From contig CAZPLZ010000002.1 of assembly GCA_964587525.1 (NCBI GenBank), positions 1 through 43,481 of the forward strand: a stretch of 43,481 bases of DNA, read 5' to 3'. Under the pieces are notes generated by a model. The model had not been told where the DNA came from. It saw nothing but the letters and a program-made list of their open reading frames with translations, and did not search any database. A program made the position numbers and the translations under genes. Positions 1-9,363 of this stretch are shown here, one piece after another (position 1 is the stretch's first letter; the number at the start of each line of letters is the position of its first letter). Source of the DNA: an uncultured bacterium. GTDB lineage: Bacteria; Oederibacteriota; CAKKQC01.

Positions 1-1751
1 GTCAGCCATTCATCCTCCGCAATCCAGCCCACGTAGTACCCACCCTCGCTGCACAGCGCCACGTCCACGCCCTCGTCCTTGCGACGCGCCCCACCGTGGT
101 TCTTCTCGTCGCTGTCCCAGAAGCCTGTTCCCGACCCCGGGAGGAAATCCTCGGCCTCGATCCGGCCCGGAGTGGCCGTCAACGACAGCCCCGCGAGCCC
201 AGTTCCATCCTCCAGAGCCGCAACCGCGACCACGTGGCGCCCCGGCTTCACCCAGCGGCCCGCCGCGGAGATCACCTTGCCGTCCAAGCGCATCTCGAGG
301 GAACCCATGGCTCCGTGCAGCGCCAGCCGCAGGTCATCCCTCCCGAGCATCTCGACGTCCCACTCCAGCTCGTCGCCGGCATCCATATTCCGGACCGCGA
401 GCTCGTCTCCTTCCTTGAAGATGTCCGCGTCCCCGGGCCGGTACTCGCCTCCCTCATTGCCCTTGCGGTGCGCCACGCACCTCGTCCAGTCCGCCGCCTC
501 CAGCCGTCCCGGGATCCGGGCCACCTGGGGCGGCTCCTCCCCGCGCAGGGCCCGGACCGTCGCCTCGTCCTCCCGGCACCGCTCGAGTTTCAAGGCATCG
601 GCGAGTCCCATCAACCCCGCGACCATCTCGGATTTCGTCATCCTCGGCGCGTCGTCCTTGCCGCCCAGCACGGCTGAGACCTTCGCCCAGGCCGGCGGTG
701 GCTCGACGGCCTCGACGCAGCCTCCCCCACAACGCTTCCACGGCCAGAAGCACCATCCGATTCCCGCCTCGTCCATCAACTGAACGCACCTGGCGTACCA
801 CCGGTGTGAATTCTCCCCCGTCTCCCCCAGCCAGACCGGTGCGCGCAATCGCTCGCGCAGTTCGACCCGGCTCTTGATTGAATTGGGTCCGTTCTTGTCC
901 CAGTACTTGTGGAATTGGTAGCACAGATTGCCGTCCAGGCCGGGCAGGGAAAACATCGAGAAGTCGGTGGCATACCAGTTTCCTTCGACCATGATCATGT
1001 GGTCGGGATCGGCCTTGCGCACCGCAGGGACGAACCGGCCGTAGAACCTCCCCAGTTCGGCGCCGCCACCCGCCTCGTTGGGCACGACCGGCTCGTTCAT
1101 CAGATCGTACGCCGCCACAATCTTACGCTTCCGGTAGCGTGCTGCGATCTCGCGCCAGAGCGCGACCGTCTCGTCCCGGTACCGCGTCGTTGAATCCCCT
1201 TGCCAGAGCCCAGCCTGGAGCTCGTTGTCCGAGATGCCGCCGGCATTCTGCCCGCCCGGGACACTGTGCATGTCCAGCACGACGTAGACGTCCTCCACCT
1301 CGCACCAGTCGAGCAGGCGATCGAGGATCTTCCACCCCTCGCCCGGAGCCATGTCGAAATGCGGCCGGTCCTGGAGGATGCGCGCGTTGAAGGGCACCCG
1401 CACCACGTTGTACCCCAGCTCGCGGATCCGCCGGATGTCGGCGGCCGTCACGTAGTTGTCCCGGTACGCCCGGAAAAACTCGTGAGCCGCCTCCCGGCCC
1501 ACCAGCTCAACCACCCGGCGTTTCATTCTGGACTCGGTCAGGTCCTTGCCTTCGAACTTGATGATGTACGACTCCCAGAGCAGCCAGCCGCCGAGGTTGA
1601 CCCCCTTCAGCAAGAGTGGGGCGCCCTTTCCATCCACGATCTCGGTCCCCGAGGCCCGCACGTAGCCCGCCGTGGCCGGAGCCGCGATCACCATCGAGAG
1701 CAGCCAAGCCATGAGCATCATCGGATAAAGAGATTTCAGGCCGCCAGTCAT
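1..1751 (-). CDS. Glycoside hydrolase family 5 (cellulase/mannanase-type) with C-terminal CBM6/35-like modules; C-terminus runs off the left edge
   Basis: Absent from the ORF track because there is no stop inside the window. Reading the minus strand from ATG at 1751-1749 gives an open frame down to position 3. It shows a signal-like MTGGLKSLYPMMLMAWLLSMVIAAPATA, the GH5 acid/base motif YDLMNEP, the nucleophile motif VWLGETGEN, then two CBM6/35-like segments (RLEAADW..., GRIEAEDF...GGYYVGWIAEDEWL). Plus-strand ORFs 79..783, 96..677 and 1200..1757 are its antisense shadows. Confidence 0.8.
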   Translation of the reverse strand, partial: MTGGLKSLYPMMLMAWLLSMVIAAPATAGYVRASGTEIVDGKGAPLLLKGVNLGGWLLWESYIIKFEGKDLTESRMKRRVVELVGREAAHEFFRAYRDNYVTAADIRRIRELGYNVVRVPFNARILQDRPHFDMAPGEGWKILDRLLDWCEVEDVYVVLDMHSVPGGQNAGGISDNELQAGLWQGDSTTRYRDETVALWREIAARYRKRKIVAAYDLMNEPVVPNEAGGGAELGRFYGRFVPAVRKADPDHMIMVEGNWYATDFSMFSLPGLDGNLCYQFHKYWDKNGPNSIKSRVELRERLRAPVWLGETGENSHRWYARCVQLMDEAGIGWCFWPWKRCGGGCVEAVEPPPAWAKVSAVLGGKDDAPRMTKSEMVAGLMGLADALKLERCREDEATVRALRGEEPPQVARIPGRLEAADWTRCVAHRKGNEGGEYRPGDADIFKEGDELAVRNMDAGDELEWDVEMLGRDDLRLALHGAMGSLEMRLDGKVISAAGRWVKPGRHVVAVAALEDGTGLAGLSLTATPGRIEAEDFLPGSGTGFWDSDEKNHGGARRKDEGVDVALCSEGGYYVGWIAEDEWL

Positions 1752-1765
1752 ACCTGACCCGTTTC

Positions 1766-2353
1766 CTACTCGAATCGGAGGGAGTGTACCTCGATGCTGC
1801 CCTTGCCCTGGTCAGGCGGGATGTAGATCGCCAGGTTCTGGATCGCGCGAGCATTCAGCCGGCCATTGCCGGACTGGTTGCCCCACACTTCAGACCGCAG
1901 AAGATCGGCGAGTTTAACGGTGTGGTCGTGTTTCGAGCCGTCGCCCACAAGCTCGGAGGCATAGTACGACTCCCCGTCGGCACCGGCTTTGCCCTTGAAA
2001 GACGAAGAATCCGGCGGTCCGACGCCGTCCTCGTTGATCACCAGATAGAACCGCAGACCTTCACGAGCCTTCAGTGAGGCCACCAGCCGGGTTACCGTGG
2101 AGATATCGAAGGGCCCCCCGTCCCGATTGAAGGTGATCCCACAGCCATAACCTTCATCGGAGACGAACTGATAGAGCCAGTAGGTACCCTTGCGGGACCA
2201 GCCGCTGCTCGGATCGCCCCAGGTCTCGCCCTGGACGTCCTCGAAGTACTCCCAGCCGCCGGAACTCTTACCGGCCTTTCCCTGACCGGTCGCGCACCCC
2301 GTAACCATCGGCATCGCCAACAGCAACGCAAGAATCACATAGACGCTCTTCAT
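1766..2353 (-). CDS. Lipoprotein of unknown function (possible carbohydrate-binding beta-sandwich)
   Basis: ORF 1766..2452 trimmed to the internal ATG at 2353. This gives MKSVYVILALLLAMPMVTGC, a signal peptide plus lipobox (VTGC). The stop is 14 nt upstream of the GH5 start on the same strand. Confidence 0.6.
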   Translation of the reverse strand: MKSVYVILALLLAMPMVTGCATGQGKAGKSSGGWEYFEDVQGETWGDPSSGWSRKGTYWLYQFVSDEGYGCGITFNRDGGPFDISTVTRLVASLKAREGLRFYLVINEDGVGPPDSSSFKGKAGADGESYYASELVGDGSKHDHTVKLADLLRSEVWGNQSGNGRLNARAIQNLAIYIPPDQGKGSIEVHSLRFE

Positions 2354-2408
2354 CACAGTACACCGCAACCTACCACACCCGGCTACCAGAAGACTATCTC
2401 CTCTGAGC

Positions 2409-3665
2409 CTATGTCTCACCGGGAGGCAGACGGAAATGATGGCTGAGCGCATCGCACGCCGCGTCCACCCCGTGTTCAGATTTCATCCGGGCGGCGAGCG
2501 TGCCGCACGTGGTGCGCACGGAGGATGACGCGAGCAATTTATCCAAGGCTCCCGCAACCGTTCGGGCCCGGTAATGCGACGGGGCAATCACCTCCGCCAC
2601 CCCCAAACGCTTCAACCTGCTGGCGTTGTCCGGCTGATCGAACGCCAACGGAACGATGAGTTGGGGACGGCCCGCCGCCAGCACCTGAGAGAGGGTCCCA
2701 ATCCCCCCGTGGTGGACCACCGCGGCGGCATGGGGAAACAATGCGCCAAAGGGAACGTACAGAAAGTGTTTCACGCCGGGCGGAAGATGACGCGGCAACA
2801 GATCAGCTTTCTGGGCGACGACGATCCCACGGAATCCTCCCAACCGGCACGCCTCGACGGAGTGCTCAAAAATCTCCCCATGGGAATGCATCGCGGAACC
2901 GAACGTGAACACGACCGGCGGCGGCCCCGCCGAGAGAAACTCCGCAAGCTCCGGCGGCGTCCCGGCGGTATCCGATGCATCATAGAGGGGAAAGCCGGTT
3001 TGTTTAATCTGGGACGGCCAATCCGGCTGTTTGGCCGCAAACCACTCCGGAAACATGCACAGCGTAAGCCCGGGGGAATGCGCCCAGCGGTCGAAAATTC
3101 TCCTGACCGGCGGGAGCCCCAATTCCCCCCGAAAGACGTTCAGTGACCTGCCAATAACGCGATCGATGACGACATCAGCCAGCCGGTACGCGGCCGCCCG
3201 GCCCCACTTCGGCAGCCAAGCCAGATTGAACCGAACCGGCAGCACGGGTGGGGCATGCACACTGCGCAGCACGATCGGCTGGTAGTGAACGGTCACCTGG
3301 GGGATGCCAAGCTTCTCTTGGGCGACCCTGGCACCAAAAGCCAGGGCGGAGGTCACGGCGAAGGTCTTTCCCGGCACATAGAGTTTGTTGATCGCTTCAT
3401 AGACGGCGCGCAACGTCCTCTCGCCTTCCTGCGCCAACACCTTCAGCCCCTTCACCGGATGCCACAAATCCGGATTGGAGATCACCCGGAGGTACTCGCT
3501 TTCCTCGCCGATCCCCTGGAACTCCAGACCGGCTCCCCGCACGTGCCTCTCGAAATGCGGATTGGTGAGAAAGATAACCCCATGTCCCCGGCGCTGCAAC
3601 TCCTTGCCGATCCCGATCAGGGGAAACACATCGCCCATACTGCCGAGCGCCACAAGCACCAGCAC
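2409..3665 (-). CDS. Glycosyltransferase family 1 (UDP-glycosyltransferase/MGT, RhlB-like)
   Basis: N-terminal LGSMGDVFPLIGIGKEL and C-terminal VVHHGGIGT...PLAFDQPDNA motifs are typical of the GT1 GT-B fold. Length is 418 aa. Confidence 0.8.
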   Translation of the reverse strand: MLVLVALGSMGDVFPLIGIGKELQRRGHGVIFLTNPHFERHVRGAGLEFQGIGEESEYLRVISNPDLWHPVKGLKVLAQEGERTLRAVYEAINKLYVPGKTFAVTSALAFGARVAQEKLGIPQVTVHYQPIVLRSVHAPPVLPVRFNLAWLPKWGRAAAYRLADVVIDRVIGRSLNVFRGELGLPPVRRIFDRWAHSPGLTLCMFPEWFAAKQPDWPSQIKQTGFPLYDASDTAGTPPELAEFLSAGPPPVVFTFGSAMHSHGEIFEHSVEACRLGGFRGIVVAQKADLLPRHLPPGVKHFLYVPFGALFPHAAAVVHHGGIGTLSQVLAAGRPQLIVPLAFDQPDNASRLKRLGVAEVIAPSHYRARTVAGALDKLLASSSVRTTCGTLAARMKSEHGVDAACDALSHHFRLPPGET

Positions 3666-3667
3666 AG

Positions 3668-5461
3668 TCAGTCCAGGTTAATGTCAAGCTTCGCGCCGGC
3701 GGGGCCGACGTGGACAGGGACCGCCTTCGTGCGCCCGCGGTGCCGGACCGTCACTTCGTAGTCGCCCTTGAATCCCCTGACCCGGTACCGGCCCTGCCGG
3801 TCGGTCTTGCCTTGCGCCTCGGTCCACCATTCCTTGAAGACCAACTGCTTCCAGATCTTGCCACTCGGCTTCAGCGACCAGTCCTGGCGATAAATCGGCG
3901 CGTTCTGGTGCCAGTGCGCGCCGTCCCAGAACCCCCACATCAGCATCCCCTCGACGGATGGGTGACTGAAGATCGCCGTCATGAAATCCCGGATGTAGCG
4001 CGCCTGAAATTCCTCGTCGGTGACGTTCTGGTCGTACTCCGTGACCATGACGGGCTTGCCGAACACAGCGTAGCGGTCGAGAACTTGCAGCAGGTCCTCG
4101 GGTGGCGTGACGCCCCAGCCGAAATGGCCCTGCATCCCGATCCCGTCCAACGGGGCGCCGTTCTTGACCAAAAAATTAAGCGTCTTCTCAAAATGATCCC
4201 GGTGGGCAGAAGTGCCTCCCCCTCCCGCGAGGATTGAATAGTCGTTGAGAAAGAGCTGGAGATCCGGATCGGCCTTCCGGGCCTCGCGGAACCAATCAAC
4301 CATGACCTGGTCCCCCAGCAGGTCCATGAGATCGTGGTTGTCGAACGGCTCATTGATGACGTCAAACTGCGCCAGCTTTCCCCGGAGCGCCCCCACTTCC
4401 TCGGCGATGTGCTCCAGGATCCTCTTGCGCAACTTGTCCGGACTTTTCTTGAGCGCGGCAACTTCCTCCGGCACGTGCCGCCAGCTCGGCCAGACGAGGA
4501 CATGGCCGCGCACCGTGAGTCCCTGGTCCCGGAGCCAATCCACCGACTCGATCGCCTTCGCCCGGCCCATTCCCCACACCCCGTCCCACGGCGGCCACTT
4601 GAGCGCGTTCTCCATGACGGCGTAGTTGAAGAGCTTCTTGACCTCCTCCCGGTACCTCGCCCGCCGCCCGGGGTCGTCATGCCAGAGGGCGAACGCGCTG
4701 ACCGCCGTGCCGAACCCGAACGCGTGGCGCTTCATCCGAACCTCGACCTTCGCGCCCTTCACCGGCTTCCCCGAAGCGCGGGCCACCCAGATCGTGAGAT
4801 CGGCTTTCCGGATCCTGTCGATCTGCTCCCGCGCCTGCCGCCGCCAGGCTGCCTTCGGGTCGTCCCCGCGGTACCTGATCCGCGTTCTCGGCAGATCGCG
4901 CACCTTGAGTTTCTTCCCGTAGTTGATGAACTCCACGCCCCCGATCTCGATGACCTGAGGGGAGTAGCCGAGCCGGAAACAGATCTGCAATTCTTGCGGT
5001 TCATAACCCTCAAGGCAGGCAAATGGCACATCGAACGTCTGCCACTTCCGCCCCGCGCTGGCCTGAAACGTAATCGACTTGGTCCATGGATCTCCGACGC
5101 GCTCCACAACCATTTCCGTCCGGCCCTCCCCGCTCTCCTGACGGGATTCCAGACACCGCAGGCTGAACCGGACATGCATGACATCGCCCTTCTTGATGGG
5201 AATGACATTTCTCGCCGTCACCTGAAGGTCATAGTGAACTGCGGGCCGAACCTTAGTCCTGGCCCGCAGAGCCTTCCGGAAGGATTGGCCCTTTACGGAA
5301 ACGATCTGCATCACGACCTGATCCGGATCACCCGTCAACTGGAACGCTTCCACAGCCGGCGCGGAAAGCACACTTTTCCCCACAGGCAGTTTCACCCTCG
5401 CGGCCTCAACAGGCTGGCTCAACCCTGCCAGCAGGAGCGCTACAAAGATTCGAATAAGCAT
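3668..5461 (-). CDS. GH10 endo-1,4-beta-xylanase with signal peptide and N-terminal CBM-like domain
   Basis: Signal peptide MLIRIFVALLLAGLSQPVEA. GH10 hallmarks are FDVINEP (acid/base), GIGMQGHF and VMVTEYD (nucleophile). The stop is 2 nt before the GT1 start, which suggests an operon. Confidence 0.85.
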   Translation of the reverse strand: MLIRIFVALLLAGLSQPVEAARVKLPVGKSVLSAPAVEAFQLTGDPDQVVMQIVSVKGQSFRKALRARTKVRPAVHYDLQVTARNVIPIKKGDVMHVRFSLRCLESRQESGEGRTEMVVERVGDPWTKSITFQASAGRKWQTFDVPFACLEGYEPQELQICFRLGYSPQVIEIGGVEFINYGKKLKVRDLPRTRIRYRGDDPKAAWRRQAREQIDRIRKADLTIWVARASGKPVKGAKVEVRMKRHAFGFGTAVSAFALWHDDPGRRARYREEVKKLFNYAVMENALKWPPWDGVWGMGRAKAIESVDWLRDQGLTVRGHVLVWPSWRHVPEEVAALKKSPDKLRKRILEHIAEEVGALRGKLAQFDVINEPFDNHDLMDLLGDQVMVDWFREARKADPDLQLFLNDYSILAGGGGTSAHRDHFEKTLNFLVKNGAPLDGIGMQGHFGWGVTPPEDLLQVLDRYAVFGKPVMVTEYDQNVTDEEFQARYIRDFMTAIFSHPSVEGMLMWGFWDGAHWHQNAPIYRQDWSLKPSGKIWKQLVFKEWWTEAQGKTDRQGRYRVRGFKGDYEVTVRHRGRTKAVPVHVGPAGAKLDINLD

Positions 5462-5490
5462 GAGAATCTCATGATACGCTTACCTTACAC

Positions 5491-6546
5491 ATGCTGGTTT
5501 ACGTCGGCACTTATACCAGGGAGATTCACGCGTTCCGGTACGATTCGGCCACGGGAGCTTTCTCGCCGCTCCAAACCACCGCCGGTCTCGTCAACCCCAG
5601 CTTCCTGTGCCCTCATCCGTCGGGCCGCTTCCTCTACGCGGTAAGCGAGACCGCGGCAGGGGATCCGCCGAGTGGCGAGGTGGCCGCATGCGCGGTGAAT
5701 CCGGTGACGGGAAAGCTCGAGGAGATCAACCGGCAGCCGTCGGGAGGACGGGGGCCCTGCTACGTCAGCCTGGACCCCGGAGGGCAGTTCGCGTTCTCGG
5801 CTAACTACGGCGAGGGAAACGTGGCCGTCTTTCCGGTCCGGCCGGACGGCGGCCTGGGCGAGGCCTCCGAGGTGAGGCGGTTCGAGGGAAAGGGGCCGAA
5901 CCCCAAGCGGCAGGAGAAGCCGCACGCGCACTCCATCCTGACCTCTCCCGACGGCGCGTTCGTCTTCAGTCCCGACCTGGGCACCGACCGGGTGTGGCAA
6001 TTCCGGCTCGACCGGGAACAGGGGCGGCTTGTCCCCAACGACCCGCCGTGGCTGGCCGTCCATCCCGGCGCGGGCCCCCGGCACCTGGACTTCCATCCCG
6101 GCGGGCGCTTCGCTTACGTGGTCAACGAGCTGGACGCCACGCTGACGACGTGCGCCTACGACACGGCGGGAGGGGTCCTCAAGGCTCTGGGCACGGTCCG
6201 AGCGCTGCCGGAGAACTACCGTGGCGCGGCGTCCGGCGCCGACATCCACGTTCATCCCCAGGGGAGGTTCTTGTATTCCTCCAACCGGGGTCACGATTCA
6301 ATCGCGGTCTTCCGGCTTGAAAGTGGCGGTGCGTCACCCGTGCTCGCCGGGCATGTATCCACGCAGGGTCGCACGCCAAGGAATTTCGCCCTCGACCCCG
6401 CTGGCGCCTTCCTGCACGCCGCCAACCAGGGTTCGGACAGCATCGTCGCCTTCCGCGTGGACCTTCACACCGGCGACCTCACTCCCGCGGGGATGACGGT
6501 GAAGGTCCCGAAGCCCGTCTGCGTGCGGTTCCTCCCGAAGACCTGA
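5491..6546 (+). CDS. pgl: Lactonase, 7-bladed beta-propeller (6-phosphogluconolactonase-like)
   Basis: Starts with YVGTYT. Repeated blade motifs: HPSGRFLYAVSE, LDPGGQFAFSANYG, SPDGAFVFSPDLGTD, FHPGGRFAYVVNEL, VHPQGRFLYSSNRG, LDPAGAFLHAANQGSD. Confidence 0.75.
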   Translation: MLVYVGTYTREIHAFRYDSATGAFSPLQTTAGLVNPSFLCPHPSGRFLYAVSETAAGDPPSGEVAACAVNPVTGKLEEINRQPSGGRGPCYVSLDPGGQFAFSANYGEGNVAVFPVRPDGGLGEASEVRRFEGKGPNPKRQEKPHAHSILTSPDGAFVFSPDLGTDRVWQFRLDREQGRLVPNDPPWLAVHPGAGPRHLDFHPGGRFAYVVNELDATLTTCAYDTAGGVLKALGTVRALPENYRGAASGADIHVHPQGRFLYSSNRGHDSIAVFRLESGGASPVLAGHVSTQGRTPRNFALDPAGAFLHAANQGSDSIVAFRVDLHTGDLTPAGMTVKVPKPVCVRFLPKT

Positions 6547-6570
6547 CCCTATCGCCGGCCCACCGGCGCG

Positions 6571-6996
6571 TTAGCTGTCGGACTCTTCGTCAGCGCGGTG
6601 GTAGTCAAACATCGTCTGGATTTCGTCACGGCCGGCCCAGCCGCGCTCAGCCTTCATTTTGGCAAGCCGCTCGCTCTGATCGTCCCGCCACCCGCGCTTG
6701 GCCACCCAGGCGTACCACATATTGAGCTGATCCTGAGACGGCCTCTGGCCGGTCTGGAAGGCCCACTCCAGGATCTCCGCGTCGGTGCCGCCCTGGAGCG
6801 TGCGCTCGACCAGCGCTTCGTAGGTGATGCCCAGCAACTTTACGCACCGCGCGTCAAACCCGGTGCCACGGTTGTAGTCCGCGGGCAGACTCCCCTTCGC
6901 GTGGAGCCGGATCTTGTCCAACATCCGCCCGAAGTAGACCATCCCGTTGACCGCCTCGACCCCATTGCGCAAACCTGGTACCCGCATGACGCTCAT
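6571..6996 (-). CDS. Conserved hypothetical protein (DUF5069-like)
   Basis: ORF 6571..7065 trimmed to ATG 6996 (an alternative ATG is at 6987). VPGLRNG...MVYFGRMLDKIRLHAKGSLPADYN matches my recollection of the DUF5069 family. The upstream 23 codons overlap the divergent neighbour's promoter region. Confidence 0.5.
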   Translation of the reverse strand: MSVMRVPGLRNGVEAVNGMVYFGRMLDKIRLHAKGSLPADYNRGTGFDARCVKLLGITYEALVERTLQGGTDAEILEWAFQTGQRPSQDQLNMWYAWVAKRGWRDDQSERLAKMKAERGWAGRDEIQTMFDYHRADEESDS

Positions 6997-7058
6997 TCTA
7001 CAGCAGGCGCCACTCACCAATGGATATCCCCCGCTCTCTGCTACAACATACAAAGTAC

Positions 7059-7832
7059 ATGACACGCTGGCTGAGGATCGCGCACCGGGGGGCGTCCGGG
7101 TACGCGCCCGAGAACACGCTCGCGTCTTTCCGCCGTGCCCTTGAGATGGGAACGGACGTTATTGAAATGGATGCCCACCTGACCCGGGACGGAAAAGTCG
7201 TGATTATTCACGAAAAAACACTGGACCGCACCACCAACATGCGGGGCGTGGTCGCGGAGATGTCGTTCGAGGAGGTGCGCCAAGCCGATGCCGGGATCAA
7301 GCGCGGTGAGCAATATCGCGGGGAACGGGTGCCCTCGTTGTCAGAAGCGCTCGAGGTTATCCCCAAGAGCGTTGCCGTCTGGGTGGAGATCAAGGCGCTC
7401 CCGACAGCCGTCCCGGTTGTCGAGGTTGTGCAGGAAATGGGAAGGACAGACCAGATAACGGCTATCTCGTTTCATGCGGAAGCACTGCGGACGGCCAGGG
7501 CACGTGTCCCGCACATTCAATCGCTGCTGATCTTCAGCAAAGCGATCGTCAAGAGCGATCCCGTGGCGAACGGGAAGGCCATGCTCACAGCGGCACAGGC
7601 GGTGGGAACTTCCCAATTGAGCATTGAATGCGCACTGGCGACACCGGAAACCGTCGCCGAAATTCACCGGCTGGGCGGGACGGTCTATACCTGGACGGCC
7701 GACAAGCCGGAGCGGATTCAGGCCATGATCCGCGCCGGCGTGGACGGAATTACCTGTAATTATCCCGACCGGCTGAACGCGGCTATGCGCCGGAGCGGCG
7801 CCACCTTGCGCGAGGCGAACACGCAATGGTAA
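7059..7832 (+). CDS. Glycerophosphodiester phosphodiesterase (GDPD family)
   Basis: IAHRGASGYAPENTLASF...IEMDAHLTRDGKVVIIHE is the canonical GDPD HR(G)...E.D signature. Start set at ATG 7059 rather than the ORF-track start at 7020. Confidence 0.85.
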   Translation: MTRWLRIAHRGASGYAPENTLASFRRALEMGTDVIEMDAHLTRDGKVVIIHEKTLDRTTNMRGVVAEMSFEEVRQADAGIKRGEQYRGERVPSLSEALEVIPKSVAVWVEIKALPTAVPVVEVVQEMGRTDQITAISFHAEALRTARARVPHIQSLLIFSKAIVKSDPVANGKAMLTAAQAVGTSQLSIECALATPETVAEIHRLGGTVYTWTADKPERIQAMIRAGVDGITCNYPDRLNAAMRRSGATLREANTQW

Positions 7833-7905
7833 AAGAATGCCGTGTCCCGTACCCTTAATTTGATCGACGGACAGCAAATCGACAACGACTGAAAGGAGGC
7901 ACACC

Positions 7906-9291
7906 GTGACGGACGCGAGCACTTTGTCCTACGCTCCCCCGGGGTTCGACTGGCCATGTTGTCCCCAGGCCGAGGCCGTCGTCGAGGACTACCTAATGAA
8001 GTTCCTTGCCGGGCACGTGTTCGCCGCTCGCCTCGCCAAGCGTATGGGAGCGGAAACCAGCACCCGCTTCTTCGACTGGGTCGATTACCTGGAGGTGCCG
8101 CCCGATCCGGCGGACGCAGGCCGGATCCAGGAGGCCGGCTACGTCCAGGAGGAGGTCGAGGCCCCGGCGGGCTGGACAGTGTTCTGGCATCCGCACGCCC
8201 AGCTTCCGCGGATCGTGGTCCGGGAAGATCTCCAGGCTCCCGGAGCCGCGATTCATGTCGACTCCATCTGCGACTTTCAGGTGGCGCACGGACTGTCCCA
8301 ACCGATCCAGGGGGCCCCGGGATCCTCCTACCGGATCCTTCGCCTGCCCGAGGGTCCGTCGGTCCTCTCGGTCGTCGAGCGTCGGGCGTACGCAGGCTAC
8401 GTGCCGGACGAGCGTCCGAGGGCCGAGGCATACCTGCGTGCCTTGGAGAGGTGGTGTACGCGGCCGCGAGCCTTCGAGCCCGAAGCGGAAGTGGCCGGCA
8501 TGGCCGAGACACTCGCGCTGGCCGAAGGCCTGGTGGAGGATCTGGGAACAGGCCGGGCGGCGTGTGTGTTTCTCGACGGCGAGCGGCGATACTGGCAGGC
8601 GCGCAACCGGGCGGGGCGGTTCCAGAAGTGGCGCCAGGACGGGTTGGGCCTGGGCTGGGCGAACCACGATCACCACACGTTCCGCTCCAGCGGCCGGCAC
8701 TTCCCTGCGCTAATCCGCATCCTCGAGGCGCTGGGCTTCCGCCGGCGGGAGCGGTTCTACGCGGGGGCGGAGGCCGGGTGGGGAGCGCAGGTGATGGAGC
8801 AGCCCGAGGCGCGCCTGGTGGTGTTTGCGGACGTGGATCTCGCGCAGACGGAGACCCAGATCGACTTCACGCGGGTGGCGCCGAGCGAGCTGGGGCGGCC
8901 GGGAACGGTGGGGCTCTGGTGCGCCCTGCACGGCGAGTCGATGCTACAGGCAGGGATGCATCACCTGGAGGCCCAGTTCAACTTCGAGGACCTGCGCGCG
9001 GCGCTCAAGGGTGCCGGACACGGCATGATGACGCCGTTCAGCGACTTCCCGTTCCTCAGACAGGCATTCACGGAGGGCGAGCCCTGGCCGGTGGCCGAAT
9101 CGCGCCTGCGCCGCGCACGCGATGCGGGCTGGATTGACGAGGGGAGCGTGAGCCGCTTCCGGACGGCAGGCGCCGTGGGCAGCCACCTGGAGAACCTCCA
9201 GCGCCGCGAGGGATTCAAAGGGTTCAACCAGGAGTCCGTGAGCGCAATCATCAGGGACGTCCACCCAGAGCGACAGGCCGCGCAGAAGTAG
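7906..9291 (+). CDS. Conserved hypothetical protein (function not assignable by eye; weak resemblance to VOC/DUF1338-type metalloenzymes)
   Basis: 461-aa ORF with a GTG start preceded by AAAGGAGG. Its composition is protein-like, whereas the overlapping 393-aa and 235-aa ORFs are R/G/P-rich and look off-frame. Confidence 0.5.
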   Translation: MTDASTLSYAPPGFDWPCCPQAEAVVEDYLMKFLAGHVFAARLAKRMGAETSTRFFDWVDYLEVPPDPADAGRIQEAGYVQEEVEAPAGWTVFWHPHAQLPRIVVREDLQAPGAAIHVDSICDFQVAHGLSQPIQGAPGSSYRILRLPEGPSVLSVVERRAYAGYVPDERPRAEAYLRALERWCTRPRAFEPEAEVAGMAETLALAEGLVEDLGTGRAACVFLDGERRYWQARNRAGRFQKWRQDGLGLGWANHDHHTFRSSGRHFPALIRILEALGFRRRERFYAGAEAGWGAQVMEQPEARLVVFADVDLAQTETQIDFTRVAPSELGRPGTVGLWCALHGESMLQAGMHHLEAQFNFEDLRAALKGAGHGMMTPFSDFPFLRQAFTEGEPWPVAESRLRRARDAGWIDEGSVSRFRTAGAVGSHLENLQRREGFKGFNQESVSAIIRDVHPERQAAQK

Positions 9292-9363
9292 GGCAGGATG
9301 AGGGACGTTTCTGGCAATATAACATTCTAAACGTGTCAGCCTGACCGGCGGACCACCCCTGGC

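Noticed and set aside
79-1757. Long plus-strand ORFs (79..783, 96..677, 909..1193, 1139..1390, 1200..1757)
   Set aside because: Their R/P/S/A-rich, low-complexity translations are antisense or off-frame shadows of the GH5 gene, which reads cleanly on the minus strand with catalytic motifs. This is typical of high-GC DNA.
7956-9137. 393-aa and 235-aa alternative-frame ORFs overlapping 7906..9291 (and similar ORFs over 8944..9777 and 9969..10598)
   Set aside because: Extreme Arg/Gly/Pro/Ala composition with no motifs. The co-located frame with a balanced composition and an RBS was preferred.
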